A stretch of DNA of 64,000 bases. Origin: the human T2T-CHM13v2.0 reference genome, Homo sapiens. Positions 44,144-61,338 of this stretch are shown in pieces. Position 1 is the first letter of the stretch. Each line of letters opens with the position of its first letter. Position numbers and translations under genes: made by a program. The stretch lies in assembly GCF_009914755.1 (NCBI RefSeq), contig NC_060947.1; one strand, written 5' to 3'. The notes under the pieces were generated by a model. That model searched no databases. It was not told the origin of the DNA and was given only the letters and a program-made list of their open reading frames with translations.

Positions 44144-45444
44144 TTGGGACTGCGTGTGTGTGTGTGTGTGTATGTGTATAAGAGAGCAAGCATAAGCATG
44201 CCCATGCTGAAGAGGTATTTCTAAGGTCATTATGAGTTCCCACCACTTTTTCCAACTTTTTATGTTGTTGTGCCATTTTTTGCTTATAACATATGGTTTC
44301 ATCAACCGCTGACATTTTTGCCTATATCAACACTCGGGATAGGTTGGGACCTGGGAAACAGGCTACCCACAAATATGAGTTTCAGTACTTTTCCAGAGCA
44401 TGTGCAAAATGTCCCTGTCTCCTTTCCTGGAGCACACTTAAGCAAGATTGGGTTCTAACATGTGTTTGAGATTAACGGAGGCCATCTTTTGATGGTTAAC
44501 ATCTTACTCTAAAACTCATATAGTTTTATGGGTTTTGCTTTGTATAGTACATATACTGTGTTGAATGTGTACCTGGTTGGCATGTGCTAGCCTGTTCTCC
44601 ATATCTCTGCTTCTGGGTAACATGTCTTTTAAGCTTAAATAATATCTTCCATGGGATCCCTTTTGATTCCTATTATCTGGGTTAAGTTGTTCCTCTCTAT
44701 GTTCTTCTATTGAAGTATCTAATACTCATCACACTGTATTTTAACCTTTTGTTTACTTCTCTGTCTTTCCGCATTACTCTGTGATATCCTCTTGGGTTGT
44801 GTCTTACTCATCTGCCAGATCTATTACATACTTCTTGGAACATGGTGGATGCTCAATACGTAAATATTGAATGTTTCTAAATGAGGCCCAAAGAAACAAT
44901 ACACAGTGATAACTTGGTTTTACTAGCCAATATCTAAGGATTGGAGCACTCTCCCAGGTGAAGATGGAGGAGAAATTCTGTAACACTAGAGCCCCCATTT
45001 AAGGAATAAAAGACTGCTGAGCACTAAAATGCTTCCAGGCTCTCCGTGGTTGGCATAATAAGCTAAATATTTCAAGTTAATCTCCTGCTTTTCCAAGATC
45101 AGTGCCCCACTGGAAGGAGATCCATTAATTCCCTATGGGGAGATGGAAGCAGCGTTTTTATTAGAGAAGGCTTTCTGTTGTCTTAAAAGATGAGTAGAGG
45201 TTAGCTAAGTCAAGGCAATGGGTAGTAAGCCATTTTAAGCGAATGTTTTTGAGCAAAGGGACATGAGAAAAAAACGGGTGTGTGGTGAAGATCCCAGCAT
45301 TTCAGTACTTTTTGGACGTGAAGTATGAAGCAAGAAAGCTAGGGTGTTAAGTTACCCTGGAAAGGTAAGCAGGGGTGAGATTTTGGAGGGACTTTTATGT
45401 TGCATTAAGTTATAAGATTTTATGTTATAACACCAAAATAGAGA

Positions 45445-45640
45445 AGATTGGTATAGTTAGTAAAAGCATGTGTTCTGCAGTCAGGTTGCCTATGTTTGAA
45501 AGTCAGCTCTGGCCTTTACTAGCTCTGTGACTTAGGCTTTTTTGTGCCTTATGTTTTTTACTCTGTAAAGGAAGAATAATAAGAGTACCTACTTCATAGG
45601 ATTATTTTGAAGATTTGAGTTAGAGTGCTTACAGCATTCT
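45445..45640 (+). mobile_element. MIR (further MIR-like pieces at ~31850, ~46225-46410 and ~57330-57500)
   Basis: tactagctctgtgacttagg...tctgtaaagg...aataagagtacctacttcatagg core. Confidence 0.65.
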
Positions 45641-46859
45641 GTAATAATTAACAGTTGGTACAACTGTTGTGTTGTTTTTTGTATTTATGCTGTAGAAAGA
45701 CAACTCAGGCCACTTGTATGAAAGATTAGAGTAGAAGAGAACCAGAGTATGGAAACAATATGGAGATTAAAGTGCCTCTCCAATAGCTCCCATTGACATT
45801 TGCTGGATATGTTTGCAACATAGTCCTATGTAGTGATTTTAATGATATCGCATACTTTACACATGGATTTTGTGCAAACTGAATTAAAGGAAACCTTGCC
45901 ATTTTATTTTTCTTACAAATGTCCTGGGTGTGAACTTACTGGAAATAGAACCTCTGGGGCTTTCAGGACCTTGCATACTGTGGCTAAATTTTGGTCCTAC
46001 TGTTCAGAGTATAGTTCAGAACTCATTTCCTAAGAAGGTGACCTGGAGAGAGGAAAGCCAGCTGTTTCCCAGAAAAGGATTGAAAACGGCAGCAAGGTTA
46101 GATTCTAGTATCAGTATGAGAATAATAGAGGCCATGTTCTGATAGTTACCATCTTACTATAAAACTCAGGTTGCACATATTACTGCCTGTTGTATATCGT
46201 ATGTTGAGTATGATCAAGAGGCAATGCGTATAGTGAAAATAAAAGATCTGGGCTGTGGATCTAGCTCTCCTACTTACTCATGTCTGTATATCTCAGTTGC
46301 CATGTCTGTGACATGAGGATAATAATACCATGTTATCTTGCAGGGCTGTGATGAAAATCAGTTGAGATCATCTATGTGAAAGCACTTAACCAAAATCCAA
46401 AGGCACTCGATGAATGAAATGATTTTTAAAACCATTAAGGAAGACTCAGAAATATAATGTGATCTATACATATGTTTGTCCCTTCCTTAAATGAACTCAT
46501 CAAGGGTTTAAATATGTGCCAGATGATCACCTATTATGCAAGTCACCATAGTTTGCACATAATTCAGTTTATAATTCCTCTTGAAGTGACTTTCTGCTTC
46601 CAATCAAAGCTCAAGAATTCCACCTAAAAATGTTTTTCTGCTCAAAAGCTCTTTTTTATTACTTCCATGTTTTGAGCCTTGTTCCAGAAAGCTGAGGTTT
46701 CTCCAGGTCTGACCACTAATCAGTGAGACATTGGTGCCTCTTTCTTCAGTGCTTCTAGCAGGCCTACTGATAAGCTCCCTAGATGAGATACACTGCATAA
46801 AAAAATGATGCCCAAAGGACAGCTTTAAGTGCCTGCTAGATATCTGTTCTTTCAGAAGT

Positions 46860-46881
46860 CTCTCTCCACCTATCTCTCCAG
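46860..46881 (+). promoter_or_regulatory. Splice acceptor 5 nt upstream of the FOXR2 ATG
   Basis: ctctctccacctatctctccAG|taaagATG. Confidence 0.7.
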
Positions 46882-46886
46882 TAAAG

Positions 46887-47822
46887 ATGGACTTAAAACT
46901 AAAAGACTGTGAATTTTGGTATAGTCTCCATGGCCAGGTCCCAGGGCTGCTGGACTGGGACATGAGGAATGAGTTATTTCTGCCTTGTACCACAGACCAG
47001 TGCTCTTTAGCTGAGCAAATCCTTGCCAAATACAGAGTCGGAGTAATGAAGCCCCCAGAAATGCCTCAGAAGAGGAGACCCAGTCCTGATGGAGATGGTC
47101 CTCCCTGTGAACCCAATCTGTGGATGTGGGTGGACCCCAATATCCTGTGCCCCCTTGGCAGCCAGGAGGCCCCAAAGCCCAGTGGAAAAGAGGATCTGAC
47201 AAACATTTCTCCTTTCCCTCAGCCCCCACAAAAAGACGAAGGGTCTAACTGCTCAGAGGACAAAGTGGTAGAGTCTCTGCCATCTTCCTCCAGTGAGCAG
47301 TCTCCTTTACAGAAGCAGGGTATCCATTCCCCCAGTGACTTTGAGCTCACAGAAGAGGAGGCTGAGGAACCAGACGACAACTCCCTCCAGTCCCCTGAAA
47401 TGAAATGTTACCAGAGCCAGAAACTATGGCAAATCAACAACCAAGAGAAGTCCTGGCAAAGGCCCCCTCTCAATTGTAGCCACCTTATTGCCCTAGCATT
47501 AAGAAACAACCCCCACTGTGGCCTCAGTGTGCAGGAGATCTACAATTTCACCCGACAGCATTTCCCCTTTTTCTGGACAGCTCCGGATGGCTGGAAGAGC
47601 ACCATTCATTACAACCTCTGCTTCCTGGACAGCTTTGAGAAGGTGCCAGACAGCCTTAAGGATGAAGATAATGCAAGACCTCGCTCTTGCCTTTGGAAGC
47701 TCACTAAGGAGGGGCACCGCCGCTTTTGGGAGGAGACTCGTGTCTTAGCCTTTGCTCAAAGGGAGAGAATCCAAGAGTGCATGAGTCAGCCAGAGTTGTT
47801 GACCTCTCTCTTTGATCTTTGA
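46887..47822 (+). CDS. FOXR2: Forkhead box protein R2 (311 aa, intronless CDS)
   Basis: Recognised sequence MDLKLKDCEFWYSLHGQVPG...; FOXR motif PNLWMWVDPN; forkhead domain RPPLNCSHLIALAL...GLSVQEIY...PFFWTAPDGWKSTIHYNL...CLWKL; good Kozak aagATGg. Confidence 0.98.
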   Translation: MDLKLKDCEFWYSLHGQVPGLLDWDMRNELFLPCTTDQCSLAEQILAKYRVGVMKPPEMPQKRRPSPDGDGPPCEPNLWMWVDPNILCPLGSQEAPKPSGKEDLTNISPFPQPPQKDEGSNCSEDKVVESLPSSSSEQSPLQKQGIHSPSDFELTEEEAEEPDDNSLQSPEMKCYQSQKLWQINNQEKSWQRPPLNCSHLIALALRNNPHCGLSVQEIYNFTRQHFPFFWTAPDGWKSTIHYNLCFLDSFEKVPDSLKDEDNARPRSCLWKLTKEGHRRFWEETRVLAFAQRERIQECMSQPELLTSLFDL

Positions 47823-49346
47823 AATGCCATTGCTCCCTTTTGGAACACTGCCTTCCTTACTGTGCCTACTTATCCCCTGACATTCATTAATCTCTAAACT
47901 TACCCAGCCTGGTTGGTGCCAAGTCTGTCTTTAGCTACTGTTACAATAATGGTGTTAAGTAAAGTTAGAGGTGGGTACAGGGGAGACAGAACTTAAATCC
48001 AGGTGGAGAGTCATGGAAAGTCGCACGAGGAGAGTGGCTGTTGTTCCAAATTTTGAGCAAAGGAAAAGAAATCCTAGAAACAATGGCATAGAAACTAAGG
48101 AAAGAAGGGTGTGTTTTGTGAAAGAAAGGAATTTTGTTTATAGAGAGTATTTTCACACATGAAAGTGAACAGTGGAATATAAAGCATAAAAGGCAGGATG
48201 GAGCCGAGCCATGGAGAACCTCGAGTGCCATGTGAAGAGAATTTGACTTGTGATGAAGAATCAAGTTTCCCCTTCTACCATTCATCAGCTACATCTCCTT
48301 TTTAAGTAACCCATTTTATCCTTCAGAACCTCACTTTTCTATTTCTGGCCCTGGACTTCTAAGCCTTGTTTCTTTGTCATCCAATTCCAATATTGACAAA
48401 TAATTCTAAACAGCTACTTTTAGTTTGTATGTTTAACGTCCTGTGAAATATTCCTGTATTAACCCCAAGCCTTTTGATGATAAAGCTTTATTTTCTATTA
48501 TTTTTAGTTCTCAAGATTTTATTGAGGATATGCTAATGTGTCAAGGTCCATCTTAGATGCTGAGGATAAAAAGCTGAGGGATACTAGTGGGAGACATATT
48601 TATAATGTAAATATGATGAAACAGATGTGAGAAATTGACATGGAAATGGGGAGACATTCTTCCTGGGAAAGACATGAAAGGGCATTGGAAAAAATACATT
48701 TTGAGCTAGTTTTGAAGAATAAATGGCAAACTGGAGTAGAGGCATTACAGAGACAACAATGTGAACAAAGTGGATGGAGTGTTTGGGGGAATGGCATGAA
48801 GTTCAGTGTGACTTAACTACATGAGGACCGTGAGTGACTAAGAGAAAACTATTAGGTGTTTGGACTTCATCTTGTGGGTTTTTAGGAGCCAAGAGACATC
48901 AGTGGAGTTTTGCTAAAAAACAAAAAAAGAAACAAGCCAGCAGCAACAACAAACACTACAGCATTTGTTTTTCTAATTTCAAAATTATCTTTAACATCTT
49001 TTCTATGCAAATAAACTTTTGTTTATCAGATTTAAGCATAGCTTTTTGCTTCAATGATATTAACATATATCCAGGAGAAAATAGATTTTTAGGTATAAAT
49101 TTAGTTGCAAAACCTTCATAATGGGGGTACAAAAACGCCTGTAAGCTACAAAAGCAATTAATTCAATATAATTGTAACTATTTTCAAAGTTCACATTTTT
49201 ATAATGATGTATTATACCTCATACAAAATTGTATATTTAGGTTAAATCACAAAACAACATATGCAAACAGTATTTTTTGAAAAAAATTGTAAATGCTACT
49301 TCTGTATCATAAGGCAAAGACCAAGTTAACAGAATACCTTGGAATT

Positions 49347-49352
49347 AATAAA
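49347..49352 (+). terminator. Probable FOXR2 polyadenylation signal
   Basis: AATAAA ~1.5 kb after the stop, consistent with my recollection of a ~2.8 kb mRNA; another AATAAA lies near 48718. Confidence 0.5.
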
Positions 49353-49841
49353 ATATTCTGCATATAAGTAGTCACCAGTTGCTTCTCATTTTTCTCCCAG
49401 ATTAACACTTACTAGTAAAAGAGCTGGATGTGAAATTAATGAGACTATTTTTATCACAAACTACACTTCTAATATGCCTAGTCTGTAAACTTCTCAAACA
49501 AGGCAAGCTTTCATTTTTAGAACTAGACCTGGAGTTTTCTGCTGCAACCTGGTACCTCTGAGCTTTGAACTCTATTCAGTATTTTCTGATCCTTATTTCT
49601 GCTCTCTGGTTGCATGAAAAAAAGCAGTGGCTGGATATGGTGCTTCTTCAGTAATGTCATGATCCAGATATACCTTCAGAGGAACTTTTTAAAAAAATTA
49701 TAAATTGCTGTAATCGAGTGCAAAATAAAGGAAACTTGAGTTGCTTCATTCAGCTTCCAATTTCTAGGAGGCTTAAGAATCATAAGAATTCTGGATAACA
49801 AAAGAAAATAAGACTGTGCTTATAGAGCTTGTTCTGCCGTA

Positions 49842-50415
49842 TTTTTTCTTAATGATTGCTACTTTATTGTTGCTTTTCCTGTTACATGTGATGTATGCAT
49901 CAGGTGTTAAAAGGTACAATACTTTCTACAACTGAGCACCTTTTTCTGTAAATGAACAAGCAAAGAAATTACACTGAACATCTGCATCTGGCAGTATGTT
50001 TTGGAAAAATGACTAAAAATGGGTTTAAATTTAACACTATTAAATCACATCTAATATTTGATACTACACGATTCAATACAGCTATAAAATACAATTATAC
50101 AAAATATGTTAACATCAAAGAATACAACTAAAATTAAGATAGCAAACACAACCTATATAACTTCTTTTTATAGGAAAATATTTTTGAAGTATGCATGTAG
50201 CTGCCCATTCTTTTAAAGAAAATGTACTGCAAGCAAACTTATCAAACTCCAGAAAAATCACACATAGCATTACTAAGCATATCCCCCAAAGTGTACAATA
50301 TGCACATTTGGAAAACACAAAATTTAAAAAATTGTAAACAACAGGTGAGCTTCGTATTTACAACAATGTGAAAAGAAGTCCCATTTTTAACACTGTTGTA
50401 TAAAGAATTGTCTTT
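49842..50415 (-). pseudogene. Processed-pseudogene 3'UTR fragment (tentatively FAM60A/SINHCAF-like)
   Basis: Minus strand reads as a U-rich 3'UTR ending caataaagtagcaatcattaagaaaaaa (signal plus short tail); parent identity from memory only. Confidence 0.55.
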
Positions 50416-50417
50416 AT

Positions 50418-54945
<4,528 letters not shown>

Positions 54946-56205
54946 AATTAATTCTAGACAAAGGAAAGACTATAACCTTCCTAAGAATACGGTTGAGGCT
55001 GCTTCAACAGGCTCCTGGAAATAGAGTGAAAGCTATCTTTCAATGTAAATGGTCTAATGGAATGGTTCAGCAGTGTAGAGTGAAAGCATTTAGGTAATTT
55101 CTTCCCTAAATATGGAATGCTTCCTTGAAATTCCGAAGCTCCTCTAATTAACAGTCAGCAATTTGGAAAATATGTGTAAAAGATACTTTTGTCGACTACT
55201 CATGAATTAGGACGTTATGGTCTTTGAACTTTAAATTGTATCATCTGATGTCTCAAGGCAGAAACCTGTAATATGTAACCTATGGTAGGGTTAGAGATGA
55301 TTCTATCATATGTGCCTTCAATCTAATTACACACAGTAGCTCATGAAGACTGACAGGAAGACAGGGAGCATGCTTAGCACAGGCATCTTATACCCACCTT
55401 GAACATCACTGACCTACATGCATGCTCCCTACTACATCAGCCACAGAAACCTGACTGTCTCTTGCCATTTTATTATTCAGTCACTCAAGGGTTCACTGCA
55501 GAAAGGATTTAAAATGCAATTATTCTTTAAGAGTCAGAGAATTTAAAATTTAACAAAATCCAAGAACAGTCATTTGGGTCTTCATACAGGAAAGAAAACA
55601 TCAAGCAGGTTGCTCACTTAGGAACCATGAAATCTCAACTCAGATATTATAACTGGAGTGAAATTGATTGTTAGGAAAAATCATAACTTTGTATTCTATC
55701 CAACAGAACATGAAAATACGGAAATCAACCTTGAAACAGATTTTAATATACCTGATTTGCGTTTACTATTTTCAATAACAGAAGAAGATGGGTGTAGAAT
55801 TTATGGAATTCACCCAAAATCTCACAAATTGTGTTAGATCTGGTACTAGAACCTCCTTCAGTACTCAGCATATTTCACACAAAGTGGTATTACAAATGTA
55901 TTATGTATTTATTAAAAGCAGAAATTGAAAATAATCTGAAAATTGTTAGTTGTTGGTTATAGTCACAAGTAAGAAAATGCTTTCATATTTGATGATTCAA
56001 TATGGCTTTGACCCCATTTGTTTCTGTATCTGATAGTGTTTAAGTCTTCCAGTCAGGCATTTGGGGTCGGAACAACTTTTCAAAGAAAGCCTGCATTTGA
56101 ATTGTGTTTTTAAAGGGGCAGTAATATTCTCTCTTTTTATTATCAAAAGTATAGTATTGTGAAAAACAGAAAGCATGTAATTTTGCCTCTTAATGGATAG
56201 CATAC

Positions 56206-59200
56206 CTCCTTCTGGCATTTTAAATTGCTCTAAATTTAGCAGAATTTTCTCCTGGACATCAGGACCATCTCTGCATTCATCCCCAGTCTTTGACTCAGAC
56301 AGCTCCTGGAGATCAGTTTCCAGGTCAGGCACTAAAAAATACAAAGGTTCTTGATTGAAGCAGGCAAACAAGAAAGGCAAATAAGGAAATGATAGTATTC
56401 TTTTCCTCAGCGTTATGAAATAAAAGCCCGTGGACTACTGTGCTAATAAATGTCATGTAAAGATGTCACACTTTTGTTTTCCTGTATTATAAGATCTTAT
56501 CTTAAATGACAGTCTGAGGATAAATCACACCACACCTACATTTCGCATACTTTACCATTGTGTATTATGAACAGTGAATATCGACTAAGAAATCTGAAGT
56601 CTGGATAAATTTTAATCATAAATGAAATGCAATTTTCTAAAGGATTAGATCAATGTATTTGGCTGCTTATGAGAAATCTTACAATTGAACTCCCATCCCT
56701 TGTTGAGGTAACTTGAAAATTATTTGGATAAAGTTAGTTAACGTTATGCTTAGGTTCAAGGGCCCTATATGTAAGTTTATATAAATGAATCACATTTAGA
56801 ATAATGTACCAAAATAACAGGAAACTAACTGTCTTCCAGTGAGGGCACAGGAAATTGAGTGCAAAGAAATTAGTGGTCATCGTTGACAGTTATATTCTGG
56901 AAACCTCTTAACAATGAATTGCTAAAATAATCCACTTCCCAAATTCTGCCAATGTTTAGTGTGAAAATGGTATCCACTGAGTAAACAACTTCTGATTCAG
57001 CTTATGGTACTTTGAGTTTTCTAATTATGAAAATGCTTCGGAAACTTTTAAAAGCCCCTTCAAAATCATACTAATATAGCGACCTGTATGCCAGTGTCCT
57101 GAATTATCCACCTTTTACCAAACATCCTGAAAAAATACCAATCAAAGGATACCACTCTAAGAGTGGCTGTCATTTATTGAGCTCTTTTCTGGAGTTGCTA
57201 TTCTGCTTCATTGGACTGTGTTTTGTCCTGAGCCAATACTGAAGTACCTTACAGTACACACACATTCAAAAAGTATCTTAAGCAAAACCACTGACCTTTC
57301 TTATTACAACATGGATAACACAAACCTTGGGACAAAATATGAATTTTGTCTCCATGAGTCAAGGGTTCTTGGTAAACCTCAATCCCTGAGCCTCAATTTT
57401 CCTATTTATAAAATGGGGCTAACATCCCTATGCAAATGGGCTTTATTCAGGGTGTTACAAGGTAGGATGACTTGGCACTCTACATGCTATTAAAGGGTGT
57501 TTATAGCACTGTTGATGCAATGGCTTAGAAGATCATAAAGCAACATTCTAAGAAGAACACATTAAACAAGTGAAATACTGCATATTTTTATACATAAAAT
57601 TAAACTGCTTCATCTGATTTAGCAAGGACTATATTTTCAAGCATACAAAATACATCCTGAAGAAAAAGAAAATATTCGTTACATCCAGGGACTGCATGAA
57701 GCTGCAAACTATACCCTTCGCTTTTCCAGCGAACTTTCAGCAAGTGTTTGAGATCCTTTCCTAATGTTTTCTTTCCTCCTGTTACTGGTCATGACGTAAG
57801 GCATGATGCACACATAGGCCTCCTCCCCACCATAGACATTCTTTCTTTCCCTTCCCAGCACCTTGAATCTCAGCTGCACCCTGATCTCTCTCCTGACCAG
57901 GTGTAGGATCCCAACTTTCAGTTGGTGGTTCTTGTTGTTGAGGCTCCTCATCACTGGGCTCCTGGGACCATGGCTGCATGTGTACAAATAAAAAGTTTTG
58001 TTATCAATACATGTCAATAATGTAAATATACAGAATACATAGATATTTCTGATCATAAGTAAGTCTAAAGACATTTCTCCAACACTATTCCATGTACTTA
58101 TTATTCATAAAGTTATTCTTCCCACAGAGAGGTTACTCTAAGACAGAATTACCCTCAAGGGCTTTGGAAGGTGATTTAATCTATGTTGGGATGGATGTGT
58201 GCAATCTGTTATGAATAAGCATACGGAGGAAGTCATGGGCAAAATCTGGGGAACACAGGGTTATCCATCCAGGCAAAACCAGAATGTACGCCAGGTACAG
58301 TGGCTCTGGCCTGTAATCCCAGCACTTTGGGAGGCCGAGGCAGGTGCATTCCCTGAGCTGAGGAGTTTGAGACCAGCCTGGGCAACACGGGGTCTCTAGT
58401 AAAATACAAAATGAAATTAGCTGGACATGGCGGCATGCGCCTGTAGTCCCAGCTACTCGGGAGGCTGAGGCAGGAGAATTGCTTGAACCCGGGAGGCAGA
58501 AGCTGCAGTCGCCAAGCCTGGGCGACAAAGCAAGACTTCGTCTCCAAACAAACAAACAAACAAAAACAACCAAAAAAACAAAACAAAAAACAGAACATAA
58601 TCCTCTTGGATTGGTCTTTCCTTCATGAGATGCCATGATCATTGTTTATCAGCTTGGAAGACCTTTAACAGTGTATATATACTAGTTCAACAACACTATC
58701 ACAAAAAGAAATTTCTGCTAATAGAAAACAACGAATGTTAAAGCATTCACAAGCATAGGCCTAATCAGCTCAGGAGTTTGTAAACTTCATCTTGGTCTAG
58801 GCCTACGTGTTGATCTTCCTCACCAGATTATATTTCACTCTGCAAAGAGAATACAAAAATACTGTGATTGGGAAAATAGACTTGAGAGGATAGCTATATT
58901 TGAGCACTTCCATGGCCAAATGTTAACTTGTCATTTTTTTAAAGTTTGGAAATACTTTGAAGGTAAGTCCCAGGGCAAGTATAACTTTGTGTGCCTTCTG
59001 AATAGAATGCTTGCACAGTCACTTAAGGTGGTGAAGCTAGCCAAATAATGCCTTAAGGCTCCTGGCAAGAGTCACTGGATATCTCTGATGTGGTTTGAGG
59101 CATTTCTGGGACTCAGATACCTCCAACAGCACCCACAACACGTGCCCCATTTTAACCCGATCCCCTTTGCGCCAAGGCCCTCCTTCCTTCCTAGTTGTGG

Positions 59201-59500
59201 CCCTGACAAAAAAGAAGGCCCCTGGCTGTGGCGCCATGTGAAAAGGATGAAGACCTCCAGGCCCTTCTCCCTCTGAGTCTCCCTCCCCCTGATGACCCTC
59301 TGGAAGCCTGCTGGCTCCTCCTCACCCTCACTCACACTTCAACTCCCAGTTGGATTGGCCTGTGGACCTACCTGCTGCGTCTCAGTAGGAGAGAAAGAAT
59401 CCAGACCTCAGGAACTTGACCTCACAGCTCCAGGGAATTCACCACGTGGGCGAACGGGTAGAGTAGAAGATGCTCAGTGAACATGCGCACTGAGGTGGGC
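56206..59500 (-). pseudogene. XAGE/GAGE/PAGE-family unprocessed pseudogene (XAGE-4-like); exons ~59500-59372, 58839-58751, 57961-57862, 56331-56206
   Basis: GT-AG spliced exons give (I)IW*GRSTRRPRPR*SLQTPELIRPML-EPSDEEPQQQEPPTESWDPTPGQERDQGAAEIQ-VPDLETDLQELSESKTGDECRDGPDVQEKILLNLEQFKMPEG, colinear with XAGE2/3; ATG>ATA at 58831-58829; TGA at 58822-58820 and 58789-58787. Confidence 0.92.
58290..58591 (+). mobile_element. AluS in XAGE intron 2 with (CAAA)n tail
   Basis: Dimeric Alu with a small right-arm deletion. Confidence 0.9.
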
Positions 59501-59521
59501 GCCCAAAGAGCATGCGCAGTG
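59480..59521 (-). promoter_or_regulatory. XAGE-type promoter with two NRF1-like TGCGCATG motifs
   Basis: catgcgca at ~59482 and ~59511, next to exon 1. Confidence 0.55.
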
Positions 59522-60080
59522 AGATGTGTGCTTGCCTTAGGGGCTGTGGTGTCCCTCCTTGTTCCCCCTACCCCTGCTCTTTCCTCCATCCCTTCCTAGG
59601 ACCCCACTAAGGACTTTGGAATCCATCCTCCCTTGTGTGTTTTTTTTATGCCTCTGAGACTCAAATATCTCAATATCACCGTTCAAAACTCACTCTGTGT
59701 TCACCTGACCCTCCTGCCCTCTATGGCCCTTGTTCCTCCCTTGTCTGGGCCCCTCAAGGGAGCAAGTGCATGGTGGTGTTGCTGACTTCTAGTAGAAGGA
59801 TGAGGATCTCTATCAGGCCGTGGACCAAGTGGCCCAACCCATCGAAGTCTGCTCACTTTCCCTCATGTTCACTCACACTCAACTTCTGGGAGGACTGATC
59901 TATGGACCTATCTGATGTGTTATAGTTAGCAAGAAAGAAGTCACAACATTTCCTCCCACAGCTCTGCAGGGACAGAAGGCAGAGAGCATGGCCCACAGGG
60001 AACAGGAATTTGCATAGGAAGGGACATGCACATTGAGCCAGGGACTTTCAGGGAATGCCAGAGTTTTCCCTCTGTCACCA

Positions 60081-61338
60081 TGATAGCAGCAGCCACTGCC
60101 ATCATACTGGCTGCAGCAGGGAAGCCCAGCCAGAGCTGCATGCTCTGTGGAGCCAGCAAAAGCCAGGGACAAGTGGGATCCCCACCTTTTACAAGTTGGG
60201 GAGGGAGCCCCTGGGTGCCCCTGCAGCCACCCAAACTGCAGTTGAAGACCCAGACTTCTGGCTCTATGGAGCAGGCAGGATCCCTGCCCTCCTGGGTGCA
60301 GCTGTAGCCACTGGATCCATGGCTGCAGACCCAGGAGCTGGGGACAAGTGGGAGCCCCAACCCTTCAGAGTTGGCGGGTCAGGAGCTCCTTGGGTGCAGC
60401 TGCAACTTCCCTCCAAGGTGCAGGACCCAGGTGTGTCTGTAGCCTGCAATCTCTGAAGCCTGGGAAGGCCCCCACTGTCCCTGGGGAGCAGGGAACAGGG
60501 GACACTGTCCCTGGGGAGCAGGCTCAGAGGTGTCTGCTCCCACTACCTGGTCTCTCCCTGCTCCCAGCACCCACTATGATTTCAGAGCAGGTTGTGGGCT
60601 GAGCCCCTGCACTCTCACAGCTCAGATGGGCTTGCACATGGGCAGGTCAGCCCTGGAATGCCAGCCCCCTGCCACCTCAGACCCCTCCAGAATTTGGGTG
60701 CCAAGAAACATGAGAGGGGAAGCCAAGGGGGTGCTGAGGGCAGCTGGGTAGTGCTCTGCAGGTCCGAGCAGCCTGGGCACCATGGACTGCAGTGGGAGGC
60801 AGACAGGGTCCAGAGCAGAAGGGGGTGGTCCTAGGTAAGGTCCCACCTTCAGGCCAGGGATGGGCCAGGCTGCCAATCCCAGAGACCAGAGTATGGACTT
60901 GTGGTGCCTTTTCTAGGCCCACCCATGGACTAATGTACATGCACTTTCTCCCCTCTGAGGTCCGTAAATGCCTGGGACTCAGCCAGAGCAGGGCAGAGGA
61001 TGGGAGACAATGGGACAACCAGCTGCAGAGAGGAGCTACCCTCTCCAGGGCCTCCTCTCTGCTGAGAGCTGCAGATGTTGGAAAGACCTGCCTGCAGAGA
61101 GGAGACACACTCTTCAGGGCCTCCTCTCTGCTGAGAGCTGAACACTTGACCTGACGACCTGCCTAAAGAGGAGCTACTGACTGTGGATCTCCTCTGAGCT
61201 GTTCTAACACTCAATAAAGCTCCACTTGTTTGCATACCTTATTCTTCCCAGATGCATTAACAAGAACTTGAACAAAGGTGCCACCAGACACAGAGGTTTC
61301 CAGCCAGAAAATTGACTGCCCAAAGATCCCATATAACC
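60081..61338 (+). mobile_element. MER52-family ERV1 solo LTR
   Basis: GC-rich gccactgccatcatactggctgcagcaggg start; ctctctgctgagagctg internal repeats; AATAAA ~61213; gatcccatataac end. Confidence 0.8.

Noticed and set aside
46604-47748. ORFs overlapping FOXR2 in other frames or antisense
   Set aside because: Shadow frames of a real CDS.
55997-56380. 127 aa ORF as an intact XAGE protein
   Set aside because: Only 56206-56331 is exon; the rest is intron read-through and the gene has upstream stops.
59900-61235. Dense overlapping ORFs
   Set aside because: GC-rich MER52 LTR has few stop codons.
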